Shown: positions 1 through 15,349, counted from the stretch's first letter. The stretch: DNA of 64,000 nucleotides from Rhizodiscina lignyota (GCA_010015805.1 ML978129.1:1240001-1304000); one strand, 5' to 3'. Numbers and translations: made by a program. The notes: generated by a model from the letters alone, not told the origin.

Positions 1-875
1 GGGTCAACAGCCACACGATATTCGGTGATGGACAGTCGATCGCGGTGCTTGCGGAAGGCGCGATTCTAGCCCTCTCGCGGCGTTCGTTAGATACGCTGTA
101 ATTATCGATATAATACATACATACACGCCTGCTCTGGCTCTCAAATCAACATGGATCACACCATTCAAGCATGACATTGTCGAAGATTAATGTGCCTCTC
201 TCGAATGGCATGCTTCTCTTTCGACCCTCTTCATTTCACATCCCTCTCGTGACTGTCTCGTGAGGCATGCAGTCGAATGACACAATTGAGCAGCTGCGAG
301 ATCGGTTTAGCAGAGCCAGTAAGGCGGAATATACGCTCCAAGATGGGCCATTTTCCGATTCGCATGGTACAGTACGCAACATTACCATCCTCCAAACCGG
401 GTCTACCCTGGGTGCGTGCCGAGAGGGCGAGGCGCGGGCGGCATCCTAGCCTTCTATGACATCGCTGCCCAGCCGTGCAGCTCTCTTGTACAGCGCACTC
501 GTCTCGGGCGTCGAGGCCTGCCATCGTGTTCAGACGACACCCCGTCCTACAATCTTCCAATCTGCGCCGTCTACCTGCATTTGCTGTTCCTGTCCTCTCG
601 CCATTCCTCTCTCTGTCGCACAAACACACGGACACGCACCACGTCAAACCTCCTCCTCTCCGCCCCGCCGTCGAATGCCAACCATCCAGCCTTCTGGTTC
701 GGTCGGCCCGCTGCCGTACCCACGTTGCTAGAGCTGCATGTTGCGGTCATTAGATCCTCTCGACAGCCAACGGCGTCACTTCAGATTACAAGCCTTTGCA
801 AATCACCCTTGAACGCCAATTCTCCACCGTTTGCCGTCTGACGCGTTGTCGTCGACGGCGCAAACTTTTCTCGCC

Positions 876-3455
876 ATGTCATACGATCCTTACAGCAACC
901 CGCCGCCTCCTCCTCCTCCTCCTCCTCAGCAGCAGCAGCAGCCTTACCCTCCATACCCACCAAGCGAACAACATCCCAATCTCTACCCTCCGTACATGCC
1001 CTACGATGTCTCCCAATACGCACCAGATCCGCGGAGTCAGTCTCTTCCCTACCCGCCAGAGGGACCAGATGGAAGACCTCGAGTACCACCGCCGACCTAC
1101 CACCACCCGTCCCAGCCGCATATCTTCGAAGCTGTCAATCAGGCATTCGATAAGAGCGAACCCATGCCGCCATCACACAACGGCACGAGTCAAATATCGC
1201 CAGACCTGATACAGCAGATCACACAGCAGATAACAGAGTCTGTGAGGACGCAGGTGCTGAACGAACTCCAAGCAAGCGCAACCGTTCCGCCACAATCACA
1301 TGGACCGCCTCATCAGCCATCAATGCCCATCCCGGTACCTCAGCAAGCGAACCTAAATTCGCCTTTGACTTCAACAAGCTCCATGCCCGTATATACTCCT
1401 CCAAGTCCAACGAGACATGACGAAGACGAGAGTGACGATAATGATACTATACCGCCTTCGGAACCGAGACGCCACCACAAGGAGGATCTGAGTGGTAGAT
1501 ATGGGGATAGAAGCGTACCTATGGAAGAGCGTAGCCGTTCTCGCCCACCAATCGAGAGAACTAGGACGAGTGAAGAAGAGACCACATTAGAGAAGATATG
1601 GCAACCACTGTTCGACTCTGAGAATCGGCCAACAAATCGTCTCTCTCAATTTCTATGCGGTCTGGCACTGCATCTGATCGAGGATTACGAGCCGAAGAAG
1701 TCCCTTGTTATCCCCCCGGCGAAAATGCTCCGATTCTACGACGAGGTTGCTCTAGACCGCGAACCCTATCCGTGGCGTGATCTCTTCACCAAACTCAAGT
1801 ACGACACTCTTTCACGCATCTATCGCTCTCTTGGTTGCACCCACCACTTCATACAAGATGCACCAAATAGCCAACCATCTGTTCCTGCTCTGACGCCTGA
1901 AGGCTTCTGCCAATGGCTGACGCTCCTGATCCAAGCTCATCCGGAGACGGAATTCAACAGACTCGCAATGGCAGTCCGCGACATGCCCATCTCCAATGCC
2001 GACGACCCCCGCGAACGCTTCCCCAAGGAGCTCTCACGCCGTCTGTTTCCGAAGCACCACAACTCGGAGATCCGCCATCGGTGCTCCGCTGCTCTGCTTC
2101 CTCCACCGCCGCCTGGCGGTCCGCCTCGGATGAATTCAGAATCTGTGCCGCCACCGCGTGTCGCGGAGTCCATGCCTCCACGTGTCTCAGAGTCCGTGCC
2201 ACCTCGCATGCCAGACATGACACGGATACCGGATATGCCGCTGCCCCCTCCGCAAGCAACACCTGGTGCGAGAGAGACGAGGACCTCTCCACCACCAGCA
2301 TCAGTGGGATCCGCTCCGACACCAGGTGCCTTTACAGAACGCGAACGTGCACCGTACTCGGCCTCTGTCCCTGGTGGCACTTCAACAGCACCTACAGAAG
2401 GCCTACCTTTCCGTAATGACTCTACTGCCACAGACGCTTCCGTCGGAGCCGTGCCAGCGTCAGTCGTATCCGACAGCGCAGCATACGCCGGCACAAGTCC
2501 ACTCGAGCGGGTCACAAGCCTACCAATTGAGCGCGAGAGGAAGCCCTACATTGCAAGGGAGGGCCAAGGCAAAATCTACGAAAGTGGTAGGGGAAACGGT
2601 AGCGATGCAACCCTGAAACCCACCTCCATCCCTGATTCGATCAAAAAAGAGACCGACGCCGCAAGGCGCAGACGAAGCAGCAGTCAGAGCTACAGCATGC
2701 CGCCTCCGCCTACCAATACCACAAGAACTCATCACCCTAGTCTCTCCGCGTCCAGCCTCTCTGGGACACCGACACCGAATGTGCCGCCAACCTCCGCTAC
2801 GGCATCTGCTGCGGCGACAACTGGCTTGAGTAGGAGCGACACTACGAAACGCGCGAGGAGCCCCACCGGTAGCGTCGGTAGTAACGGATATGGCTCTGCA
2901 CCACCAGCCGCGGCTACGTATGGCACTGGAAGCCAGGTGTACAGTGGCAGTGAAGATGAGGAGTATGCTGCACGCAAGAGGGAAGAGAGGCGGGAGCGCG
3001 AGCGTGAGAGGGATAGAGACCATGATGATGACGATAGAAGGGAGAGGCGAAAAGACCGCGAAAGGGAAGAGCGACGGGAACGAGAGAAAGAGCGTGAACG
3101 AGAAGAGCGACGAGAGCGCGAAAGAGAGTATGAACGCCGTGAGCGCGACAAGTACCGCGAGCCGGACCGCGATCGGGACTCTGACCGTTCTGATCGACGC
3201 GAGAAGACTAAAGAGTACGATAAGGATTATGAGCGGCGTGAGAGAGAAAGAGTTGATCGGGATCGGGATCGTGTGAGAGAGCCGAGTGCGTACCGTCTGC
3301 AGGCGGATGAGCGAGACCGCTACGACGATGACGTCTCAACGTATTCAACGAGGAGCGAGCCGCCGCATTCGCACCATCGGAGGACTACAACAGGTGGGAC
3401 TAATGGGTATGGGCCGCCGCCGACGGGTAGTTCCACTACGAGAGGAGGATACTGA
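876..3455 (+). CDS. Proline-rich fungal protein with central conserved domain (DUF7514-like) and C-terminal R/E/D mixed-charge tail
   Basis: Single long ORF; first ATG at 876 (GCCATGTC); conserved-looking block WQPLFD...RLSQFLCGLALHLIEDYEPKKSLVIPP...HFIQ...PALTPEGFCQW. Confidence 0.8.
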   Translation: MSYDPYSNPPPPPPPPPQQQQQPYPPYPPSEQHPNLYPPYMPYDVSQYAPDPRSQSLPYPPEGPDGRPRVPPPTYHHPSQPHIFEAVNQAFDKSEPMPPSHNGTSQISPDLIQQITQQITESVRTQVLNELQASATVPPQSHGPPHQPSMPIPVPQQANLNSPLTSTSSMPVYTPPSPTRHDEDESDDNDTIPPSEPRRHHKEDLSGRYGDRSVPMEERSRSRPPIERTRTSEEETTLEKIWQPLFDSENRPTNRLSQFLCGLALHLIEDYEPKKSLVIPPAKMLRFYDEVALDREPYPWRDLFTKLKYDTLSRIYRSLGCTHHFIQDAPNSQPSVPALTPEGFCQWLTLLIQAHPETEFNRLAMAVRDMPISNADDPRERFPKELSRRLFPKHHNSEIRHRCSAALLPPPPPGGPPRMNSESVPPPRVAESMPPRVSESVPPRMPDMTRIPDMPLPPPQATPGARETRTSPPPASVGSAPTPGAFTERERAPYSASVPGGTSTAPTEGLPFRNDSTATDASVGAVPASVVSDSAAYAGTSPLERVTSLPIERERKPYIAREGQGKIYESGRGNGSDATLKPTSIPDSIKKETDAARRRRSSSQSYSMPPPPTNTTRTHHPSLSASSLSGTPTPNVPPTSATASAAATTGLSRSDTTKRARSPTGSVGSNGYGSAPPAAATYGTGSQVYSGSEDEEYAARKREERRERERERDRDHDDDDRRERRKDREREERREREKEREREERREREREYERRERDKYREPDRDRDSDRSDRREKTKEYDKDYERRERERVDRDRDRVREPSAYRLQADERDRYDDDVSTYSTRSEPPHSHHRRTTTGGTNGYGPPPTGSSTTRGGY

Positions 3456-5627
3456 AAAGATTGAGAAGGAGACTTGCACGGATCACCTTGGGTGATTCGA
3501 TGGACTTCGTTCAGAATGCCAGCGTTTCCGGGGACACTGGAGTTCCCAGTTCGCAACTTTACCTTTTTGATTTTCTTTGTGGAGCCTTTTTACCTTCTCA
3601 GATTGACAACTTCTCGATGAAGCTTATTTTGGATCTTTTTTTGGTTCTGGAAAAGCGCACGATACCAACGGTCGTTTTGCTACGGCGTTTTCTTTTGTTA
3701 TGTCCAGCGTTTAAAGCATTGCACTATACCTCTCTGCGTTCTGCTGCTTTCCTGCGTTCGTCGTTTGTAACTGTTGTCGCTCCAATTGTAGGATAAATTG
3801 CAGGCCAGTCACGCGCTGTCGCTGATAACGATCACTACCGCTAATAATACTTCGCAATTGTTCTCAAATACTCCCTCTTACATCGACTCTGTTGATCTCA
3901 CAAGTGGCTGCCACCCTGAAAGCGATATGAGTAAGACCTCTCGAGCTCGATCACACTGCTACCGCAACAGCAGCCTGTGCAGTCATCTGCGGCAAAGATA
4001 GTGTCGAAAGGGCACGGGTGACGATCTTGACTCCTCCAAGCGCTGCAATATCTTCCGAACAGGCGATACTTAACCTCCAGCTCCGCCACGGAAGAATTGG
4101 AAGGTTGGAGAGTACCAAAGTGGTACAGAGCGCACGGGCAAAGACCAAGATCTAGCATCGTTGTGCCTGCGTCTAAACATGCGGGGCACGAATTTTCAAC
4201 GCGAGTAAGCTGAGGCTATTGACTTCAGTGCGTTTTTTGGTGCCCGTTGGGTTTAGCTGTAACTAGAACGGCCAAGATAAATGGACTGCAGAGCAGGAGC
4301 GATACAGACGGCTGGCCTCTAACCAGAACCTATCTATTCTACCTGGAAAGTCGAGGTCGTCGATCGTTTCATCGGTAGGAGACCGATAGATTCCGCTGCG
4401 TTTGGGTTCGAGCGGAGTCCGCTCAAGCTACGCCCGCCGACTTAATGAACTTCATTGGAGTAATGACAAGCTCGAGTGGAGAGCGAGCACGAGTATTTCT
4501 GCGCTTAGTGGTGGGGGCTCTCACAGCATCTGGTCTACCTTGTTGCGAGGGATTCTTGCTTACATCTCGTGAAGTTTGTGAGGTTCTCTCTTGCAGTCCG
4601 CATGTGTACAGGAATGGACTGCATCTTGCGTAAATGGAAAAGGATCGAGTGGACTGACACGGGAGTTAAAGGATTTTCCCCGCTCACTTGAACGAATTGA
4701 AGATACAAATCTCTCGGCTTTGTGAACACCACCGACCGACATAACTTCAACCTTTCGTCGGCAAGCGACAGCGACGATGTGGGCTTTGGACCTTACGTGG
4801 ACGGTAGAGTGTCAGATGCTAGAGAGGAAGAGAGAGCAAGGAATGAGATAAAAGGGAAGCGGAAGCCATTACAGTGGATGGAGAGCAGAGAGTGAAGTCG
4901 ACGAACCTAATCATTCGCCATCAAGTAGAGCTACCGATTGCTAGTTATTAGATTTGCCCCAACTGAATAGCAGCTCATGTGGTAGCTACTCGTCGGTAGC
5001 GATTACCTAGATGTGTTGTCTTACTGCAAGAAAAGGGGGATGTTGAAAGAGGAGAGCTTTGATAAATCGGAACTGGTACTGAACGATACATAGACAGACG
5101 ATAGAAGAAGGCTTTCACAAAACTGAACTGGTGCCGACCTATACATTTGATTATGACTGGAGTTTCGATGAGAGTCCCACGACATTGGATATAGTTACCT
5201 TCAGCCTCTTCTCCCTTCTCCCTCTCTATCCTCCACCAACTTCCTGGTCAATCATCTATATTCGTTCAAAGTGTTCCAAATATCTCACGTACAAACGTCT
5301 TAGGATCGTTGTGTAACCCCATGGAACTCCGATTTAAGCTGAAGAATAGCGATGCTACACCCCGATCCGCTGCGAATTCCCAAAAACTCGTCACATGCGA
5401 AGGGCTCCATCGATCAATCCACGACCCAAGACCCGCACAACCCGAATTTTGCTTTTCCGAGCGAGTTTTGGCGGGGTTGCTCGTAAACATTAGAAGAAGA
5501 ACTACATTTGTCAGCTAAGGCAAGGCTTCTCGTGTAGCATTGGAGGTGACTCGATTCATTTATGAAGAATTTGAGATATCGTAATGTTCCGTAATGTTCC
5601 CAACACGCTATGCTTGCGCACAGTTGT

Positions 5628-6853
<1,226 letters not shown>

Positions 6854-8625
6854 TTAACGTGTCATGCGAGGCTGGTGTACGTCGCACAAGAGCGTTGGCG
6901 CAAAGCTGTTATGGTTTCCGTCAAGTGCAAGCTCGCGAGTCAGCAGCAGGAGGGCGAGGAGAGAAGGAATGGTGAGGTGGGGATCAAACGAGCGAGGTGG
7001 AGATACTGAGTTTCGATGACCATGTTGTGCGCTAGCTCGAACGACCCTTTACGCTTTGGGGAGCTCGGAATTGGGATGGTGCGCCTACGTCAGCCACGTG
7101 CTTCAGATTGAAGAGCTTCCAACTTCACCAACTTCCAGCTTCTTGGCAACTGCATCTCTAGACTGTTCTCCTCAATTCTATCCTTCAAGGATAAACGGTG
7201 GCGATTTTCGATCCATCATGGCATCGGTGGCGCCATCATCGTAGATATCCCACATGGTTGTCTGGGCGAACCCCGCAGTGGGATGGTCTCTTTCAAGCCT
7301 TTTTCAATATTCAATATTCAGTCTCCCCTTTCATTTCGAGTCCAATCCTCTAAGCTTTCGTAATAGAAGTGACTATCCTCGATGACTAGAATCGAACTGA
7401 GATCGGAGAACCGGTTCCTAATGCTCCAGAGCCTGGCGTCGAGACAGCCAATGCATGCCATACACGACACACATAAGCACGAACAAATAGGCAGTCAAGG
7501 CTTATATTTGGGATACCCATCCAGCTTTAACTAGGTTGGGCGTGAGCTAAAGATTTGCAGTCCCTAAGGCTACAAGTATTTACAAAATGTTCGGCAACTC
7601 TACGAGGGCGCTTCCGGAGGCCTCGAGTGCATAACTGCGACTTGGTTCAAAAACGCAATAACGCTCTTCAGTTAGCTCCACGTCTACCTTTGAGCTTCTA
7701 CTTGGAGAATTGTCAAGCTTATTCTTTCCTTCTGCACTTAGTTATAGAAAGTGCTCTGACCCTGCTACGCTCAGTCTATCCACGCAGCCACCGAACGACC
7801 ACATACTATGGGCATGCCACATGAATTAAAATTTCTAAACCCCATGGTGATATTAACTCCCTATTTTGCGCATCTACCAGTCGACAGGATATCTGGTTTG
7901 CAGCAATTAAGAGCATGCTGCAAAACTCGGAAGTCAAGGCACCCTGAAGATCTCATTACATCCACAGTTCATGCCTGGTCAGTATCTGAATGATCGAGAG
8001 GTCCCAGTCTTGCCACCAAGACAGAGGCAAAAGACCTCTCTAATATCGAAGTCTTTTGAAGGATGTCGAGTAGCGGCACTATCTCTCTAGACCAAGCTTC
8101 TCAACTTTTTCCTGTGGATTCAGAGCGGGGTGGCGTAACCCATAAAATCGAAATGGTCGGAGTCTTTCATTTCTCTGGTAGTGGAGTATGCAGCACCAAA
8201 GAAGCAGCACAAAGTGAGAACTGAACCTGTGACCCTCGTAAGAAAGAGTTTTAGGATCCGAGACTACTCTGGAATTCTATGCTGCGGCGCAGTAGATCAT
8301 GGGGTATAGAGTACTTGGATATAATGGCGTAAATAAATGGTTGTACCGGCACAGAGAGATTCAGTTCGGCAATAGTGAGAAAATGAGGGCGAAATGAAAG
8401 TGAGATCAAGAACTGCACCGAGACATGGCAGGGATAGCATGATTTCAGGGGCCATCCCGTATTTATGCTATCGATAAGGCGTTGTGGCGTGCTCACTCAA
8501 AAACTTCGCGTCAGGCATTCCGAATGCGGAGGCGGGCGGCGTTCATTGGATTTTGCATGTACACCGTCAATTGAACCATTCATTTCGCAGTGTAACGCAC
8601 GCAATCCCTCACTCACGTGCTTACA

Positions 8626-10834
8626 ATGACCTCTACTGCAGTGAACATCGAACTTGGAGAAACAATTCCTCCTCTGACGGCTCATGTTCGTGGACAAATA
8701 TCCCTTCCTTATGAGTCAAAAAGCTGTACTCACGAGGATATAGGCTGTGAGCGTGTCACTCCCAACATGGAAATCCAATGTTGGCTACGAAGAAGGAGAG
8801 GATTGGGTCCTCGGTAAAATGAAAACTGGATATCCCAGGTATGGCCTATTCTGCTGTGACGAGTGATAGCTTGCTATACTGACGCGCGTAGGTTCTTCAT
8901 CCACAAATCCATACAGCGATTTGCCGACGCCATCATTGCAAAGCATGGCCATGTTGGCGAGAAGGCCATGCTATTTCCTTCCCATGCTACAGCAGCTCGT
9001 TGTGTAGCGTTTGTCCGTAGCCAGGTTCCCGACTTGGACGACTCTCGCATACGTATTCTCGACCTCGTACCAAACCCGCAGAGACAACGCTCTCATTACT
9101 CCAAATTCGTTTCGCCCCATGTATCCGCCGTCATATACCCACAAGAGCACGCTGGAGTGGCAAAGCAGTTTTGGCAACATACGGGAGAAGGCGTGTCAAG
9201 TCGTCGAGCAGAGTACTGCCACCAGGCATTCAGTGAGGGCGAGTTGGAAGAGAGTGAAAAACTGTCGGACGATGCGCGTTTTTGCAAGGGACCTAAACGT
9301 TACCAAAAGAGGTCGTCCATTGACGACACAGCTGCCAAGTCAACCTCTCTCGGAGCAGATGTGCAAGCAAAGACAAATGGTGACGCTGAAAGCCTGGACC
9401 ACAATCGTTATGTCGAAGAGAGATTCGGACGCAACCTTGAGGTCTCATTTGCTACAGACGCAAAATCTGCGATTCGCAGGCGAATTGCAGGCACACTCAC
9501 AGTTGATGCAGAGTTATCGACTGCCCTGCAATCAGCTAAGGACGAGGAGCGAACGAGAAATGTGGCTGGCTTCTCAGAAGACGATGTCTATCTCTATCCA
9601 TGTGGCATGAATGCCATCTACAATGCCCATAGGTGTTTCCTCTCTGTTGGCAGTGCGCAAAAAAGCATTTGTTATGGCTTTCCTTACACCGATACCCTGA
9701 AAATTATCCAAAAGTTTGGGCCTGGTGCCATGTTTTACGGCCACGGCTCCTCTGAGGAACTAGATGAGTTCGAGCGACGGTTGGAGGGTGGAGAACGCTT
9801 CCTGGCCTTGTTTTGTGAATTCCCCGGCAATCCGTTGCTCAAATCTCCGGACCTGCAGCGTATTCGAGCTCTGGCAGACAAGTACGACTTCTTCGTGGCG
9901 GTCGACGAGACAATAGGCACGATGCTGAATGTGAACGTCCTACCGTACGCCGATGTTGCAGTAAGCAGCCTCACCAAGATTTTCAGTGGAGACTGCAATG
10001 TGATGGGAGGAAGGTACGTATGGCTGTGCTCATCTGCCTGGATTCGTCAGCTAATTCTTCACAACTCTGCAGCGCAGTGTTGAATCCTACCAGCAAACAT
10101 TACCAGGTGCTGAAACGAACATGGGACAAGGAATACGAAGACAACTACTGGGCCGAAGATGCTATTTTCTTGGAGCGAAACAGTCGCGACTTCGTGCTTC
10201 GTATTGACAGGATCAATGAGAATGCAGAGGCTATTTGCGACCTGCTGCGCAAGCACCCAAGGAGTAAGTTGCACGTCACAGAGAAGTCGCCGTGGGCGTG
10301 TTGAATTGATTGCGTGGCTTGTTTGGAAACAAGAGAATTATTCGTTGCATGTTTGGCTTGCGCCTCGAGCTGACCTTTTCATACAGTCAAACAAGTTATG
10401 TACCCTAAATATAGTCCGACGCGGGAATTCTACGATCGATGCCGGACTCCGAAGGGGGGCTATGGTGGTCTGCTGTCTGCGACTTTCCACAGCCGCGACG
10501 AGGCAATCGTGTTCTTCGACAACTTGGACACTGCCAAAGGCCCAAGCCTGGGGACGAATTTCACGCTCAGGTGTGTGGCCTCGGCTGTGTACTAAACGTT
10601 GGGTTCTAACAGCATAGTTCTCCATACGTGATCCTTGCCCACTACACTGAACTGGATTGGGTGGGTGAAAATGCTGCTGCACATGTCTCTCAAACCAATA
10701 TCACTAACAAGGTTTCATAGGCTGCTTCATACGGTGTCGACGCTAACCTGATTCGATTCAGTGTTGGGTTGGAAGATACAGAGGAGTTGGTGGGCACATT
10801 TTCTCGAGCTCTTGCTGCTATTGGGGGAATATGA
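8626..10834 (+). CDS. STR2: Cystathionine gamma-synthase (PLP-dependent, Str2/Met-7 type), multi-exon
   Basis: [19 protein letters not shown]-terminus, [23 protein letters not shown] (PLP lysine), [21 protein letters not shown]-terminus; GT-AG introns restore frame. Confidence 0.9.
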
Positions 10835-13800
10835 GGCACTGCAAGATCTATCTAGCTCATTGCTCGTATTGGGCCCATCGCCAAACTCGACCAATCCTCG
10901 GCGGGGCCGGCAAGTTGCTTCTTGCTTGGGAAAGTTGGGAGCGAGTGTGGGGATATGGCTTGACTCAGTAGGCTCTGGCCGCGATGATAGGCAGACCAGG
11001 CATAATGCTGGCTACAACTAGGTCAAAGGCCCATCTATTGCCCCTTGCATTATAGGCAGCCTGCAGCTCGCCCAGTACACTAAGCCCTTTTGCACACCCT
11101 TCCAAACTTTGGCCCACTAGGTCGTGAGCATGGCTAAAGCGGCATGTGCCGTTCGGCGTTGGCGGGCCTTCCGACGGCGTTCTGATGAAGCAATTTCCCA
11201 TTAGCTTTGCTTCCACTCTACCAGCAAAGAAGCAGGTTTGTTCTGCCTGAATCCGACCGTTGCTATTGTTGGAAAGATTGCGCGCATTGATTCTTTGCCA
11301 GTGTTTCATCGCCGGTCACGAAAAGCCAACGCACCGCCATGCTCGGTGGGTTTGGCCTGCACCTTATTGGGCGCAGAAGAAGCAACGAGTGCAGAACGAT
11401 AGATATGCATCTCGAAAAGTCGGTGCAGCAAGGAGCACTTCCCCATTCTCATGCACCAGCTGGGTCTAATGGCTGGCCGCAGGGCACGCGCAGACGGTTC
11501 CTCGCTACCGACAGCATGCATTCCACCATTCACGCACACCTACCGGCCCGGGTTTTTTCATGGAGCAATGATATTCATGCCCCCTCATGGTTGGTTGCGC
11601 AACACCTTGCACAATGTCGTCAAGCCTCAACTGCACGTCGATGGGAGTGCAGCCGCCCTTATGCTCACGCTCCAACGGCTAGAGCACCGCCTGGAGCGAT
11701 GTATCCGGTACATTGAGCTGCCTATACTGACTATAGCGGCGGGTCATGTGAGTATGGGCTAGATTCCGGGCGATCATGGCGACACGTCGGGCTCTGGGCC
11801 GAGCGTGCACGAGTGTGCGCGCTACTTGCCTCGCAGTCACGCACATGGACATCTCTCCTTCCTCGTGCACATGGCCTCGTCGCTCTACAAAGAGGGGTGC
11901 ACCGATGGCGAGGGTGTCGTGGGTGATCGGCGCACCCATATCGCATTTCAATGCCGGTCCGACCGCCCACCTGGAGACGGATCGCCGGCAGCCGCGTAGC
12001 TTCAACGGCGAGTACCCAAGGCCACGTCTGGGGATCGATACTTCCGATTGATCAGCAGACACTCCGTGAAGCGGACGAACACATCGCGACACACATCTTG
12101 CCCAAATTCATGATGAACAGCAAGAAGCGAGTGACGCCCGCCTCATGAATCTGGATGTGGATGCATAGCCCGTCTCCGAGCCCTTAGATCGACGCCATGA
12201 TCCTTCAACGGTCTTCCCGTGCCGCAAGCATGCCGCAGAGACCGATGTAAAGCCACAGCCCAGACATGAATTTCCCGAGTCAGAGATACTGTCTGGCCAT
12301 TCAGCAATCGTGGTTGTTGTTCCCCCCGGTTTGAGCACTTCTAGACGTTCGTCCCGACCAAGAATGGAAGAGGTTGGATTCTAGCGTTGTCAAATTAAGA
12401 CCGCTAAATCCACAACCGGCGTTGGAAGGGATCGAAGATTGCAGGTCGAGATTAAAAGTGACGACGTTAGGGTTGTGGCTGCGTGCTAGAGGGAATGGCT
12501 TGTGGGTTGGAATCATGGCTGATACACGCGATACCATCTTGTCGGAATTCTCATTTCAACTTCATCTCTTTGACTTTCGCACGCACGAGGGCTCATCGAG
12601 GTATGGAGCTTCGCCTTCGACGCCTTTTTATGCCACTCGCAAAAAGCTGCCAACTGCACGCGCGGGGAGCTCACTACTAGGATGAGGACAGAGAGAGGTC
12701 CGACCGAGCTTACCAGGAGGACCGTGGTACGCGAAAGGCGTAATCCCATAAAAAGTCGTGTTCTTTCCTTCTGCCGGAGAAGCCGCTTCGCCGAGGACGA
12801 CAACTTTGCGCAGATCACACTAGGGTAGAGTCCGCCTTTCCAGGTTAATTTTAGGCAGAGGCAGTGAAAGAATGAACAGACCACCTTTCCCTCGGTGCCC
12901 GACGATCTCTCCCCACGTACGGAGCAAACCTGTGTGAGTGTGTGTGTGGGTTAAAATAGAAACCACGATGAAGCAAGCCACTCTCCCCGTTCATCTTCTT
13001 TCCAGTGGCTGAGCGTGGCTCCAAGCCGCAACGTGCTCGAGATCGGGTGAAATCCCCCTCACAGCCTTTCGCTATAGTGGCCCACGCGGCTCTGCCGATA
13101 TGGAGATGAAACAAACGTTAATTGGGCTATCCTTACTCTGATCATTCGAACACTTGCAGCCTCTACGAGCGCCACCAACCAACCGTAACGAAAATCAGCG
13201 GATACGATTGGGAGGCAGCGAGAGCTAGTGTGCGGAGCGGGAGGTACTGACAGGGAGATAGCAGGTGACTGCGATGGCTCCATCAGAGCACATCAAGCAT
13301 ACTATGTCATGGACGAGCTTTGTGAATAAGCAAGGCACTCTACGCTGCCAGCATTCCGGCCTCCCGCGCTGAAGGACCCTGATCGCCCGTTCGATGTGCC
13401 ACTCCGGGTCAAAAGAGCGGTGGTAATGGTGGTTTCAATTCGCTGCCCAAGTGGTAACAAATACGCCCCCAATATGCATCATGGGCTCCGATATCCCGAG
13501 GACGGATAAGCACCAGGTACAGCAGGCACCGTGAAAGAATGGTAGCGTCAAGCGCTACCCGTTATGCTGGTATCGAACATGGGAGGGAGGACATAGCTCC
13601 AGCCCTCTTTAACGGCCAACGGCGAGTGTGGCAGGGATTTCGCTCCTCCAGCACTGCACGAGCTAAGGACCCGGGAGTGGATGGCTTTACCTTCATAAAT
13701 GTTAATCGTCCCTCGAACAGCATGGCGCAGGCTGCCACTGCTCTTCTATTGTTGACCAAGTGTACCTGCAGTGGCTGCTATCCAGCGATCTCCACGCCGT

Positions 13801-13889
13801 AGATCAGGTAGATATATCTCTCACCACGTCGGGGTGTGCATCGCCAACTGTAAGACTCTTTCCATGTCCTGCCTATAATATACTTCCCC

Positions 13890-15349
13890 ATGCGTCGACT
13901 ACCGCGCCTCGCCTTGTGCACTATGTCATCGCACAACAGAAAATCAATCATAAGCTCACGTCACGGCAGACCTCGAGCTTTCTCCACGTTAACGCCTCAT
14001 CTTACTGAGGCTCACGGAATCACTGCCGATCGGATCTCCAGGACTCGCTCTCGGTCTACTCAGAGCAATCTTCTTTCTGAAAGGCACCAGCAGGCCATTC
14101 TTGACGCTGTCGCTTCATCACAAGCTTTCCATACCCCACAATATCAACCATCGCCCTCTCCCAGGGGAAGCTTCACTGGCTCATCGATAGACCCAAGAAG
14201 TCTCAGTCTTGCGCCGTCAGAATCATTACCAACTCCTGTCGCGAACCTATCTGTGCTTCCTATTGATCATCCTTCTGGTACCTTGATCCACGGTGGGCCA
14301 GAAGGAGAAAAAGCCTTTGTAGCTGGTGCACTCGAGGGACAGAACATGAGGTATGAAACCCATTAAGTCTTTGACAGTTATGAGTGCGCACCTATTGACC
14401 AATTTGAAAAGCGCCACGGCGTATATGCTCCCTTCCTACGGGCATATGGATCCCTACAACTCTGGACACTACCAGTCCAGCTATCAGTCTGGAGGTACGT
14501 ATATTTTGAAGCATCTTAGGGGAATATGCTAATTTGGCACAGGCGCTTATATAGCAGAAGAGTCGCATAACGCGTCGCATGCAAGCACTCCAGTGACAAC
14601 CTATGCGACATCCTATACGACAAGCCCGGCTCTCATGAGCACCAGCCCGCGCGTACCTCAAGGACAGGAACGCTCAGAGGGGCGAACACATCGGGGTGGT
14701 TCTTATCCAGGCGCTTACCACTCGACTGCTCCCAGCCCGTACCTACCAGCTGGAAGCCCGGCGCAACAGGCGTACGGCTTTGCCAATTCATCGCCTCACG
14801 TTGCGCAGTTCGCATCTCAGTCTCCTGGCGTTGCGAACCACGACCTTGCCTCTGGAACTTATGGGTCTACATACTCCATGTAAGATAATGCGCCGGCCAT
14901 GACGACGTTTGTAAATTTTGAAGCGATTCTGACATTTCAGTAGACAACATCCCACGTATCCAGCAGGCACGTACGAATCAGGATATCACTCAGCGGCAGC
15001 ACCTTCACCTGGCTATGGAGCTCCTCAAACCGGTGCCAGCTACATCACTTCACAAGGCTATGCGGTCTCCGCATCCGCCGACGCTGCTACATCGAGCGCA
15101 GAAGACAGCGGAGTACGAATATTGAATGCTAGGCCAAAGCCTCAGTGTTGGGATCACGGATGCAATGGCCGGCAATTTTCCACATTCAGCAATCTGTTAA
15201 GGCACCAGCGCGAAAAGTCAGGCACAGCGGCCAAGTCAGTATGCCCGCGATGTGGAGCGGAGTTCACGCGAACTACAGCACGAAACGGACACATGGCACA
15301 CGACAAATGCAAGCGGAAGAGTACAACCAGCACATCAGGCGCGGAATAA
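13890..15349 (+). CDS. Fungal C2H2-type zinc-finger transcription factor with S/Y/P-rich N-terminus (start codon 13890 or 13923)
   Basis: C-terminal [45 protein letters not shown]; three introns (~14351-14411, ~14495-14542, ~14880-14940) link the upstream ORFs in one frame. Confidence 0.8.

Noticed and set aside
8613..8619. TCACGTG (Cbf1-type sulfur-regulon site) before cystathionine gamma-synthase
   Set aside because: Only ~7 nt upstream of the ATG, so probably within the 5' UTR; single occurrence
12466..12475. CAACCCTAAC (minus strand) in a 3-kb intergenic region as a telomerase RNA template
   Set aside because: I found no Sm site plus ATAAGT 5' splice site downstream and no convincing pseudoknot; a 10-mer alone is insufficient
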